17,266 nt of DNA. Origin: Octopus sinensis. Lineage: Eukaryota. Location: the NCBI RefSeq assembly GCF_006345805.1, contig NW_021824922.1, positions 1 to 17,266 on the forward strand, given 5' to 3'. The notes beneath the pieces are model-generated. The model did no database searches. It was not told where the DNA came from and was given only the letters and a program-made list of their open reading frames with translations. Numbering within the stretch: the stretch's first letter is position 1; each line of letters begins with the position of its first letter. Positions 1-9,879 of this stretch are shown piece after piece. The position numbers and the translations under genes are program-made.

Positions 1-14
1 GTTATAGCGTCGTA

Positions 15-51
15 CGAGGGACGTTCAATAAGTAAGGCCTCTGACCCACTT
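15..51 (+). repeat. Left terminal inverted repeat of the mariner
   Basis: CGAGGGACGTTCAATAAGTAAGGCCTCTGACCCACTT; matches the reverse complement of 1258-1294 with 3 mismatches. Confidence 0.92.
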
Positions 52-178
52 GCAATTGTTTGATCTAGCTGAAATTTTGCATGGCAATTATTATATTTCT
101 ATAGAGTAAGTGGCAAATTACAGCTCTGAATAATTGTGGTTTTCTGATTTACAGGTGTTGAACCGAGTCAAGTGTGAA

Positions 179-1221
179 ATGGGCCTGTTGAGTGCCGAGC
201 AGTGATCCGGTTCTTATATTTGAAAGGACGCACACCACGGGAGACTTGTGATGAAATGAAAGTAACTTATGTGAAATGCCCCATCATATGACCTTGTAAA
301 ACGCTGGCATCGTGAATTCAAAAAATGGTCGAAACTCTGTGGGAACCAGCTCCAGTCTGGTCGCCCCTCTGCCATTGATGATGGCATCTGTCCGTCAAGT
401 TGAGGCTGCCATTTTCGAAGATCGACGCATATATTCGCCAAATAGCCCATGAGGTCAAGATTAGTACCGGGTCGTGGAAACTATCATTTATGACCATTTG
501 CATATGCAAAAGGTGTCTGCCAGATGGATTCCAGGTTGCTCACGCCTTTCCAGAAGCAAGAACGCGTCGAGTGCTCAAGGGTGAATTTGGAGATGTGCCA
601 AGAAGATGAGTCAAAATTTTTCAAAAGACTGATTACACAGGATGAAACCAGGGTCCATCACGATGATCCAGAGACCAAAGCCCAGTCAATGCAGTGGAAG
701 CACCATGACTCACCCCCTCCAAAGAAGGCAAGGGTGCAGCCCTCCGCTGGCAAGGTCATGCTCACAGTCTTCTGGGACCAGGACGGAGTAGTGATGACAG
801 ATTTCCTGGCAAAGGGTACCATAATTGCAGCAGCCTATTATGCTTCACTTTTGAGGAAATTAAGAGTAGTTATCAAAATCAAGAGGCGGGGCAAGATCAG
901 CAAAGGCATCATCCTCCTGCAGGACAACGCTCCGGTCCACAACTCGCTTGTCGCCAGATCAGAAGCACAGGCGTATGGCTATGAACTCCTCCCCCATCCC
1001 CCTACTTTCCTGACCTTACACCCTCTGATTTTCACATCTTCCCAGTCATGAAGTTGTTTTTGAAAGTAAAGCGTTTCCCAGATGATGCAGCCTTGATTTC
1101 TGAAGTCACGTTCAGGTTGGAGGACCAAGCTGGGGTCTTCTACAAAAACGGTCTCCAGGGCTGCATCAAGCAATGGGAGAAATGCGTAACTCTGGGTGGT
1201 TCCTATGTAGAAAAAGACTAA
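179..1221 (+). pseudogene. Mariner transposase pseudogene (D,D34D) with about nine frameshifts
   Basis: Reading across frameshifts gives RAVIRFLYLKG, APSYDLVKRWHREFK, SGRP, RQIAHEVKISTG, KVSARWIP-RLLT, LITQDET, GKVMLTVFWD, LLQDNAPVH, HPP-YFPDLTPSDF and WEKCVTLGGSYVEKD* (stop 1219-1221). There are 34 residues between the second and third catalytic Asp. ORF 524-1051 is the intact middle part. Confidence 0.93.
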
Positions 1222-1257
1222 TAACTGTGCCAAGTTTCGCTGCTCTACTGCTATGGG

Positions 1258-1294
1258 AAGTGGGTCAGGGGCATTACTTATTGAACGCCCCTCG
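1258..1294 (-). repeat. Right terminal inverted repeat of the mariner
   Basis: Reverse complement reads CGAGGGGCGTTCAATAAGTAATGCCCCTGACCCACTT. Confidence 0.92.
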
Positions 1295-1473
1295 TAATAG
1301 ATCTTCCATGCACTGGATTCGAATCCCGTCAAACAGATTGGTAGATCGGATGCTAGTCGGTATTTGTGCATTATTGTAGAAAAGATTTAGAAATACATTG
1401 ATTAAAGAATTCTCTCACTTTTAAGATGACAAAGTCTAATTCGAGACAATTTGGTTGCTTTTTCTCACAGTAC

Positions 1474-1639
1474 GCGTAGGAGTGGCTGTGTGGTAAGTAG
1501 CTTGCCTACCAACCACATAGGTCCGGGTTCAGTCCAACGGCGTGGCACCTTGGGCAAGTGTCTTCTACTATAGCCTCGGGCCGACCAAAGCCTTGTGAGT
1601 GGACTTGGTAGACGGAAACTGAAAGAAGCCCGTCGTATG

Positions 1640-1682
<43 letters not shown>

Positions 1683-1912
1683 ATGTGTCTGTATATGTTT
1701 GTGTGTCTGTGTTTCTACCCCCAACATCGTTTGACAACAGATGCTGGTGTGTTTACGTCCCCGTAACTTAGCGGTTCGGCAAAAGAGACCGATAGAATAA
1801 GTACCAGGCTTACAAAGAATAAGTCCTGGGGTCGATTTGCTCGATTAAAGGCAGTGCTCCAGCATGGCGGCAGTCAAATGACTAAACAAGTAAAAGAGTA
1901 AAAAAAAAAGAG
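1474..1912 (+). mobile_element. tRNA-derived SINE, family A, with internal (TA)n/(TG)n microsatellite
   Basis: A-box-like TGGCTGTGTGG, B-box-like GGTTCAGTCC, CORE-like ACCTTGGGCAAGT segment and a GAGTAAAA-type tail. An inverted homologous copy lies at 12442-12832. Confidence 0.85.
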
Positions 1913-2172
1913 TTCGTAAAACATAGTTGAGGCTTCACCGTTAACGAACAGATGAATCCAAATTTTTGGTGATTTTGCAACAATTCCTGAATAACTTTTC
2001 GCAAGAATTCCTAATTCTTCCATACATGTCCATTCTTTCTCAACTCTTCAACTATTCCAAACATGCATTCTATGGTTGGAATTGTATTCTTGTCTTGCTT
2101 CTAAAGTAGGCAGAATTGAACAAACTTTATATTTCAGCTTTTCTGAAGACACTTAACTATGTGAGAAAATCA

Positions 2173-2241
2173 TTGTTGTTATTGCTGTTGTTGTTGTTGT
2201 TATTATTATTATTATTATTATTTTTGTTTTTGTTATTATTT

Positions 2242-2282
<41 letters not shown>

Positions 2283-2303
2283 ATTATTATTATTATTATT
2301 ATT
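2173..2303. repeat. Compound (TTG)n/(TTA)n microsatellite
   Basis: Directly visible triplet repeats. Confidence 0.95.
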
Positions 2304-2515
2304 TTAGTGGGGAGAGTGAAAAGACATTCTAAAGGAGTAAGGCTTGCATATTTAGTTAGTTTTTTATTGTCTGCTTTTTTTTTGTCTTGTTTTTTTTTGT
2401 TTTACCATTTCTGCTAGATTTGGGTTCTTTAAGCCATAATATATTCATTAAGCGTAACTGAAAACAAAAAAAAAGCAATAAAACAAAAGAAAATAAAAAA
2501 ATAGATGAAAAATAA

Positions 2516-2629
2516 TGGCGGGAAAGGAAAGAAAGCAGCAAGATGGTGATGGTTGAAATTTCATGTCCTGAGGACAAACACTTATTAATCAAGGTATGCG
2601 AAAACCTATGCAAATACAACGACATATAA
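2516..2629 (+). pseudogene. Probable remnant of a restriction-like endonuclease domain of an R4/Dong-type non-LTR retrotransposon
   Basis: Translates to WRERKESSKMVMVEISCPEDKHLLIKVCENLCKYNDI*, in register with the RLE-end pattern [ED]xxxPxDxxxxxKxxEKxxKYxDL. The upstream RPD motif is not preserved. Confidence 0.45.
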
Positions 2630-2741
2630 AGAGATAAGCTGCAAAAACGCATGACATGTGGTTTCTATAGAAATACTGTAAGAAGAAGAAGAAGAACAAA
2701 AGGGGTAAAAAGTAAGAAGCAAAGAAACAAAGAAATGTAAG

Positions 2742-2789
2742 TATAATATAATAATAGTGATGATAATAATAATGATAATGATAATAATG

Positions 2790-2824
<35 letters not shown>

Positions 2825-3048
2825 CAATAATAATGATATAATAATGATGATAATAATAATAATATAATAATAATAAATAATAATAATAATAATATGATGA
2901 TGATGAAAGATAATAATATAATAATAATAATAATAACAATAATAATAATGATAATAATAATAATAATAATAATAATATAATAATAATAATAATGATAATA
3001 ATAATGATGATAATAATAATAATAATAATTCATATAATAATAATAGTA

Positions 3049-3127
<79 letters not shown>
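2742..3127. repeat. Long imperfect (AAT)n microsatellite
   Basis: Directly visible, with occasional GAT/AAC/AGT variants. Confidence 0.95.
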
Positions 3128-3128
<1 letters not shown>

Positions 3129-3130
3129 GA

Positions 3131-3238
3131 ATGTTAATGGAAGCATTGTCAATAAGGTAAATGAATTGGTGGGTCAATCTTCAACCTGAGAATTTCTACA
3201 AAACAGAAAACTCTCATATCCTTAGGAAATCGTTATCT
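3131..3238 (+). pseudogene. Possible extreme C-terminal remnant of the same RLE retrotransposon ORF
   Basis: G-AL at 3139-3148 (one frameshift) and TENSHILRKSLS at 3203-3238 resemble the GALG...GTAHILRKxLS terminus of R4/Dong-type ORFs as I recall it. Confidence 0.35.
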
Positions 3239-3339
3239 AAAGAACTAAAAAGTAGTAAGACAAACTCAAAACTTTATACAGTAAGAGAAAATAAAAACTG
3301 TTTTCGTTCTCATTCGATTTCACTCATTTTCTCTCATTC

Positions 3340-3840
3340 TTTCTGCCTCTTTCTCTCTCTGTCCCTCTGTCCCTCTCTCTCTCTCTCTGTCTGTCTCTTT
3401 GAGGCTTCCCTTTCTGTATTTTCTTCCATTATTTCTGTTACACTTTTAAGCGTGCAATTTCATAACACTCATACATGCATATATATATATAATATATATA
3501 TAGATATTATATATATATACATATATATATGCAACATATATATACATACATATATATATATACATATGCATATATATTATATACAAATATATATATAATA
3601 TATACATACATATAATATACATACATATATATATATACACATGCATATATATTATATATATATGTATATATCTATACATTTATACATATGGATATATGTA
3701 TGTATATATATACATATATATATACACACACATACACATACACACTCATATATATATATATATTTCTATGTATGGATGGATGTGCATAGTGTGTGCGCAA
3801 GATACTGTAATATAGCTGCATCTATATATATATTATATAT
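3340..3840. repeat. (CT)n tract followed by compound (TA)n/(CA)n microsatellite
   Basis: (CT)n at about 3340-3395; TA/CA-rich array at about 3471-3840. Confidence 0.9.
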
Positions 3841-4189
3841 CAGCATGGACAAAACGAAACGTACAACATGAAAAAATAAACGAAATATAACTCAAGATAT
3901 AAGAAAAACACAAAATACTAAACGGAAAAAGAGTATAGAAAAATGAAAGCAAAGTGAAAGACAAAATATTCAAGATTCCTTACAACAATCATATGAAAGA
4001 AAGAGAAGAAAAGTAGCCAAAATCCATCAAACAAAGTAAAAATAATGAACAAAAACATAGAACCTGAAAAGAACGAGAGAATATATAAAGATAATAATAC
4101 TAGTAATGATTAATGCAGTTTGATGTGAACGACCGAAATGGAAATTATATCTTATGGAAGCATCGAAAGCAATAATAGCGATGAAGGTG

Positions 4190-4190
<1 letters not shown>

Positions 4191-4240
<50 letters not shown>

Positions 4241-4260
4241 TAATAATAATAATAATAATA
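4191..4260. repeat. (AAT)n microsatellite abutting the 3' end of the minus-strand SINE
   Basis: Directly visible. Confidence 0.92.
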
Positions 4261-4451
4261 TCTTTTCTACTGAGTGAAGAAGGATAGTCAATTACGGTGA
4301 CACCAGTGTTTCACTGGTTGGTATTTATTTTATCGACTCCGACAGGATGAAAAAGTAAAGTCAACCTCGGAGGAATTTGAGCTGAGAACGGAAATACGAA
4401 CGAAGCGTCGCGAAGGATTTTGTTCGACTTAGTAACGATTCTACCAGCACG
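4261..4451 (-). mobile_element. Decayed SINE, family B
   Basis: Reverse complement aligns by eye to 8639-8810 (CTGGTAGAATCGTTA..., TCAAATTCCTCCGAGGTTGACTT, CATCCTGTCGGAGTCGATAAAATAAATACC) and ends GTAGAAAAGA like the copy at 16746-16886. Confidence 0.75.
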
Positions 4452-4467
4452 AATAATAATGATAATC

Positions 4468-4510
<43 letters not shown>

Positions 4511-4522
4511 TAATAATAATAA
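4452..4522. repeat. (AAT)n microsatellite
   Basis: Directly visible. Confidence 0.92.
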
Positions 4523-5047
4523 AGTTTTAAAACAAAGGTTTTAAAACAATAAAACAAACTTTTATTTATTTATTTATTATTTTTTTTATGTATTAGACAT
4601 TCACCAAAAAAAACAAAAAAAAAACAAATATATGGCACAGAACTTCCAACCTGTTGTCTCTTGAGGTCTCTGGGTGAGACTTGGAGCCAACTTGTACAGA
4701 CATAAAGCAAAAGTCAAACATAGCCGTGTGTTGAGAGGGATTCTTTGGGGTTTGAATGATTCACCTCTCGAAACAGGGGTGTTTCATTCAACATCCTTAA
4801 ACAACCCCTATTCAGGGACCTTTTGAGCGGGATGGGTTACTCGACCAGAAGAAAATTGTAACTGGGCCCCATCTACAAGGTCATGTGCTGTTTATCTTGA
4901 TATGAGATCACCATGTCGCGCACATATGGTTGTGATGCATGTGCCTGGAGTACCCTAATCAGACGGGTAGTCATGATGAGTATACTGGGCTTCGTATAAT
5001 CTACCCCAGTGTCACTTTGACGGCATGCGCTGCTCTCTCACTCACTC
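4523..5047 (+). mobile_element. Probable 3'-UTR fragment of a TAA-associated non-LTR retrotransposon
   Basis: Complex, GC-richer ~520-bp island bounded by (AAT)n on both sides and running directly into an (AAT)n tail at CTCACTC-AATAAT. No ORF. It resembles an abundant Octopus repeat from recall only. Confidence 0.45.
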
Positions 5048-5143
5048 AATAATAATAACAATAATAATAATAACAATAATGATGATGATGATGATAATGA
5101 TGATGATGATGATGATGATGATATAATAATAATAATAATAATG

Positions 5144-5200
<57 letters not shown>

Positions 5201-5240
5201 GAAATAATAATAATAATAAAAGTAATAATAATAATGATAA
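5048..5240. repeat. Compound (AAT)n/(GAT)n microsatellite
   Basis: Directly visible. Confidence 0.95.
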
Positions 5241-5241
5241 C

Positions 5242-5491
5242 AATCCTATCTACTATAGGCACTTATCCTGTATGATAATCCTTCCTACTATAGTCACATG
5301 GATTGAAGTCTGAGGAGAAGGGTAGTTGATCACATGAAACTCAGTGTTCAACTGGTACTTATTTCATCGACCCCACATGGATGAAACACATAGCTAACTT
5401 TGGAAGAATTTTAAGTCAGAACATAGGAATGGACGAAAGTACGCGAAGCATTTTTTTTACGGCATGCAAACGATTCTGCCAGCTCTGCTTT
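5242..5491 (-). mobile_element. Decayed SINE, family B, with a locally duplicated 3' end
   Basis: Contains ACGATTCTGCCAGCT (head) and ACTGGTACTTATTTCATCGACCCC (central). The tail motif AATCCT.CTACTATAG.CAC occurs twice (about 5242 and 5277). Confidence 0.7.
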
Positions 5492-5731
5492 AACAACAAC
5501 AACAACAACAAAAGAATTATGATAATAATAAGTATTATAACGTTAATAATAATAATAATGATAATAATAATAATAATAATAATAACAACAATAATAAAAT
5601 AATAATAATGATGATGATGATGATGATGATGATGATAATAATAATAATAATATAATAATAATAATAATAATAATAATGATAAAAAATAATATATAATAAT
5701 AATAATATATAATAATATAATAATAATAATG

Positions 5732-5817
<86 letters not shown>

Positions 5818-5851
5818 TAATAATAATAATGATAATAATAATACTAATGAT
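5492..5851. repeat. Compound (AAC)n/(AAT)n/(GAT)n microsatellite
   Basis: Directly visible. Confidence 0.95.
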
Positions 5852-6149
5852 AAAAAACTTTAAAAATATATACATAAATGATAGAAATTTAACAGCAGTA
5901 CGTTTTTCTTTTATTTGTTTTTCTGCTTGTTTTCTTTTCATGATATTTGAATTGAGTTCTCTCGGACATCAGTGGACTAATACTTCGTTTCCCCGTGTGA
6001 TTCCATCAAATCACAGATTAGGCATCATTAGCAAGTACGTGTAATGCATATCAATCAAAATCGGCTTACTCCATTTCAAGGTTAAACATCTCCGTGCATA
6101 CGTACACGATTTTACATTCAGACTCACATAAAAACATAAATACCTAATT

Positions 6150-6196
6150 ATATAAATACAAATATATAAATATGTATATGAACACACATACATATA

Positions 6197-6241
<45 letters not shown>

Positions 6242-6252
6242 ATATATATATA

Positions 6253-6307
<55 letters not shown>
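6150..6307. repeat. (TA)n microsatellite
   Basis: Directly visible. Confidence 0.95.
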
Positions 6308-6310
<3 letters not shown>

Positions 6311-6509
6311 GTAGTTTTTTTCCACACACAATTTGCTCATTTAGATGTAATACGAATGCAACGCCTCATGGCTGATAAAGGTAATAAAAAGAGAAAACAA
6401 TATCCAACCAACAGAACGCAAGAATTGGAACGAAAAGGAAAAAAAATATGACCCATTACGCTACTGCACACCGCATCGAATCACGTACGGACAACACTTA
6501 CAGACAACA

Positions 6510-6712
6510 AGCACAACATACACACAACACACGCATACATATACATGCACACACATTTATATATAGATGTATATGTATATGTGTGTGCGTGTGTGTGCGT
6601 GTGTACATATACATATACATATATATATGCATATATATATATATACTATATATATTATATGTGAATGTGTCTGCGTGTATATACATACATGAGCACGTAA
6701 ATATATATGTAC

Positions 6713-6743
<31 letters not shown>

Positions 6744-6860
6744 ATATATATATATATTTATATATTTATATTATATATATATATATATATCTTAGTATCG
6801 ATCTACGTGCATATACACATACATACATCACACACACATATATATACACACACACACACA
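6510..6860. repeat. Compound (CA)n/(TG)n/(TA)n microsatellite
   Basis: Directly visible. Confidence 0.9.
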
Positions 6861-7159
6861 TCATCATCTAAACGCGTACACATAATCTCTAGGTTTAAAT
6901 AGCAGTAGAATTGCTTTACTTAAAACTTCATGACCCTTGGGCACTGTTCTTTTCTGACTTCAGTCTTACAACTGCCAATTTTACAGTAAACTGAGTGTGA
7001 AAACATTCACAGAGTAGAAGTAACAGTTAAGAAGTAACAAGCAGAAATTATAACTCTACACTTTAGTTCTTAATCAGACTCGGTATTGAGTTCCTTTTTT
7101 TTTTCTCCCTCCTCTGTAATTTTACTGTATGAGAAGTTTCAGTTTCAACTACACCTGTA

Positions 7160-7703
7160 ACTACATACATACATAAATACACATATATAAATGCATACCT
7201 ATATATACTCGTGTATATATATATATATACACATCGTGTATATATATATATATATACATCGTGTATATATATATATATATATATATATACGTATAAATAT
7301 AAAGTATAGATATATATACACACACACTTTTATGCACATATATACACGTGTATATATATAAATATATATATATATATATACAGACATATGTATACATATA
7401 TAAATATACATATGTCTGTATATACATACATATATATACATATGTATATATATATATATGTATTAGTATGTATGTATATATATATATAGTTATCTTTCTC
7501 TTCCGTTCGCTCTCGCTCACTCTCTCTCTCTCTATTTATATATATATTTATATACATATTGAGAGAGAGTTAGATATATAGATAAGTAGATAGACAGACA
7601 GATAGATATATAAATAGATAGATAGATAAATAGATAGATAGATGGAATAGATAGATAGATAGATAGATAGATATATAGATTGATAGATTGATAGATAGAT
7701 AGA
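7160..7703. repeat. Compound (TA)n array with CATCGTG(TA)n units, followed by (GATA)n
   Basis: Three TCGTG(TA)n units at about 7208-7290; (GATA)n at about 7570-7703. Confidence 0.9.
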
Positions 7704-7729
7704 AAGACTGTAGGTTCTTCAACTATTTC

Positions 7730-7915
7730 AATACGGTCGTTTCGTTAGTAATTAATCAGTAATTCATAATTAGTACTTATAATATTATATCGGTAATCAA
7801 CCACTTCATCCAATAGCAAGTTGAAATACATGCCACCTGATGAAATGGTTGATTATCGATATAATATACACTAATTGTCGATTACTGATTATCAACAACC
7901 GAAAACAGCAGTAAT
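7730..7915. repeat. Imperfect palindrome of about 185 bp (foldback/MITE-like or hairpin RNA)
   Basis: Inner arms 7782-7810 and 7839-7867 are 27/29 reverse-complementary. Outer matching blocks are 7768-7774/7870-7876 and 7753-7763/7881-7891. Confidence 0.8.
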
Positions 7916-8638
7916 GTACCATTTTATTATTGTTTTAAGCTGAAAGCAACTCTTCCCACTGAGTAATATCTCTGATACTCCAGTTGCTTCTTCTTACCAC
8001 TATGTGAGTTTCCTGTTGCTTGAATGATGTAAGGCGTACAGCGGAATATATTATGGGAAAATTATTTTTTATACAAAAACACATTTTTATGTAAAAATGC
8101 GATATTTTGAAGAAATCCCTTATGAAACAAATTGTAAGCTATTTTGGAAGCATTGGAATAATTTTGCTCAGAGCATTCCTCATATATCAAAATACTCACA
8201 TGTGGGGTCTGTTGTTTTCAACTTGTTCATAATTTGCCCTCCCTCGCCAGTAAATAATGAAGGAATATTATTCTGTTGTATAGATGAACAGTTGCGATTA
8301 CGAAAATACCCAATAGGTTTATATGACATAACCTTTCTAGATAATCAATGGACATTTACGGAACACCTCAGCGATCCTCATAAATTATTCAAACAGAGCA
8401 ATATAAAAGCCAATTATTCCACAAACACATGCAGCGTCGTCTGGGTTTAAGATCGTTATTTCAAGAGAAACAGCTATATTTTCACAAAGCGAACCGGGAT
8501 TAAAAATTTGAATTTGAAATGAAAGATGAGAAGGAGGATGATACAAAGAGTTGAGATATTAAAATCTTTAGCGTTTTATACGTTTTATACGAACGTTGTA
8601 TACAAGGAAAACGATTTCGTTATATAATATCAGATTCG

Positions 8639-9063
8639 AAGGCGGTGATCTGGCAGAATCGTTAGCACGTCGGGCGAAATGCTTAGCGGTATTTCGTCTG
8701 CCGCTACGTTCTGAGTTCAAATTCCGCCGAGGTCGATTTTTGCCTTTCATCCTTTCGGGGTCGATAAATAAGGTACCAGTTTCACTCTGGGGTTGATGTA
8801 ATCGACTTAATCCGTTTGTTTGTCCTTGTTTGTTGTCCCCTCTGTATGTAGCCCCTTGTGGGTAGTAAAGAAATAGGTATTTTGTCTCCCACTACGTTCT
8901 GAGTTCAAATTCTGCCGAGGTCGACTTTGCCTTTCATCCTTTCGGTGGTCGATAAATAAAGTACCCGTTTCACACTGGGCTCGATGTAATCGACTTAATC
9001 CCTTTGTCTGTCCTTGTTTGTCCCCTCTGTATGTAGCTCCTTGTGGGTAGTACAGAAATATAA
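8639..9063 (+). mobile_element. Dimeric SINE, family B, with 15-bp target-site duplication
   Basis: Full monomer at 8639-8875 plus a 5'-truncated monomer at 8876-9060 (equivalent to 8688-8875). TSD ATAATATCAGATTCG at 8624-8638 and 9064-9078. Confidence 0.9.
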
Positions 9064-9371
9064 ATAATATCAGATTCGTTTGACACAATAGAAACTTAAA
9101 CCAAACGGTAGATAACTGCAGCTTTGAAAGTCTGTCTTGTATTTCATGTATAACTAGTGCCCGAGCAATTACAAAGTGTTCCACATCAATACAACAGAAA
9201 ACAATTGGTAATACTCTGTCTTAGGCTGAAACAGTAAAGTAATTCGACAGCCGACGATACTGACATGAGATCTTTCAATCACTTTTCGCACTTGAAGCTC
9301 GGCTAACAATAAACACATAAACAAAAATAGGTAAATGCGAATAAAAATAAGGGTAAATCTACTGATGCAGT

Positions 9372-9760
9372 GGAGTGGAAGCACTCCGTCGGTTACGACG
9401 ACGAGGGTTCCGGTTGATCCGAATCAACGGAACAGCCTGCTCGTGAAATTAACGTGTAAGTGGCTGAGCACTCCACAGACACGTGTACCCTTAACGTAGT
9501 TCTCGGGGATATTCAGCGTGACACAGAGAGTGACAAGACCAGCCCTTTGAAATACAGGTACAACAGAAACAGGAAGTAAGAGTGAGAGAAAGTTGTGGTG
9601 AAAGAGTACAGCAGGGATCACCACCATCCCCTGCCGGAGCCCCGTGGAGCTCTAGGTGTTCTCGCTCAATAAACACTCACAACGCCCGGTCTGGGAATCG
9701 AAACCGCGATCCTATGACCACGAGTCCGCTGCCCTAACCACTGGGCCATTGCGCCTCGAC
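9372..9760 (-). mobile_element. Full-length tRNA-derived SINE, family C (tRNA-Arg-like head), with 11-bp TSD
   Basis: Minus strand begins GTCGAGGCGCAATGGCCCAGTGGTTAGG (A box) and continues GGTTTCGATTCCC (B box). TSD ACTGATGCAGT at 9361-9371 and 9761-9771. A close copy lies at 17065-17266. Confidence 0.9.
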
Positions 9761-9879
9761 ACTGATGCAGTAGATTTACCCTTAGTCAATTTTGAATAAT
9801 ACTCAAACCTGTTGTAGCTTGCACAAAGGCACTAGCACAAAGGCACAGACACGAAAATATGACGGATCTACACGGGGCC

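Larger units (their letters stand above)
15..1294 (+). mobile_element. Full-length mariner-family DNA transposon (non-autonomous, decayed), 1280 bp
   Basis: 37-bp terminal inverted repeats at 15-51 and 1258-1294 (34/37 identical), TA on both sides (13-14 and 1295-1296), internal transposase remnant, and the ~1.3 kb length typical of mariner. Confidence 0.95.

Noticed and set aside
1310-1390. Possible decayed family B 3' end (GTAGAAAAGATT) right of the mariner
   Set aside because: Similarity outside the 12-bp tail motif is too weak to call.
1947-1965. TDESKF peptide resembling a Tc1 catalytic motif
   Set aside because: The flanking translation shows no further transposase similarity.
8097-8450. 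117-aa non-repetitive ORF
   Set aside because: No recognisable motif, a TTG-type start in the track, and no convincing splice context; compatible with chance.
8255-9210. TTCTGTTGTAT.GATG shared in inverted orientation between about 8260 and 9185-9200
   Set aside because: Too short and does not extend; likely chance.
9685-9760. tRNA-like heads here and at 16453-16530 and 1474-1550
   Set aside because: They have A and B boxes but no complete cloverleaf acceptor stem and are fused to SINE bodies, so they are not tRNA genes.
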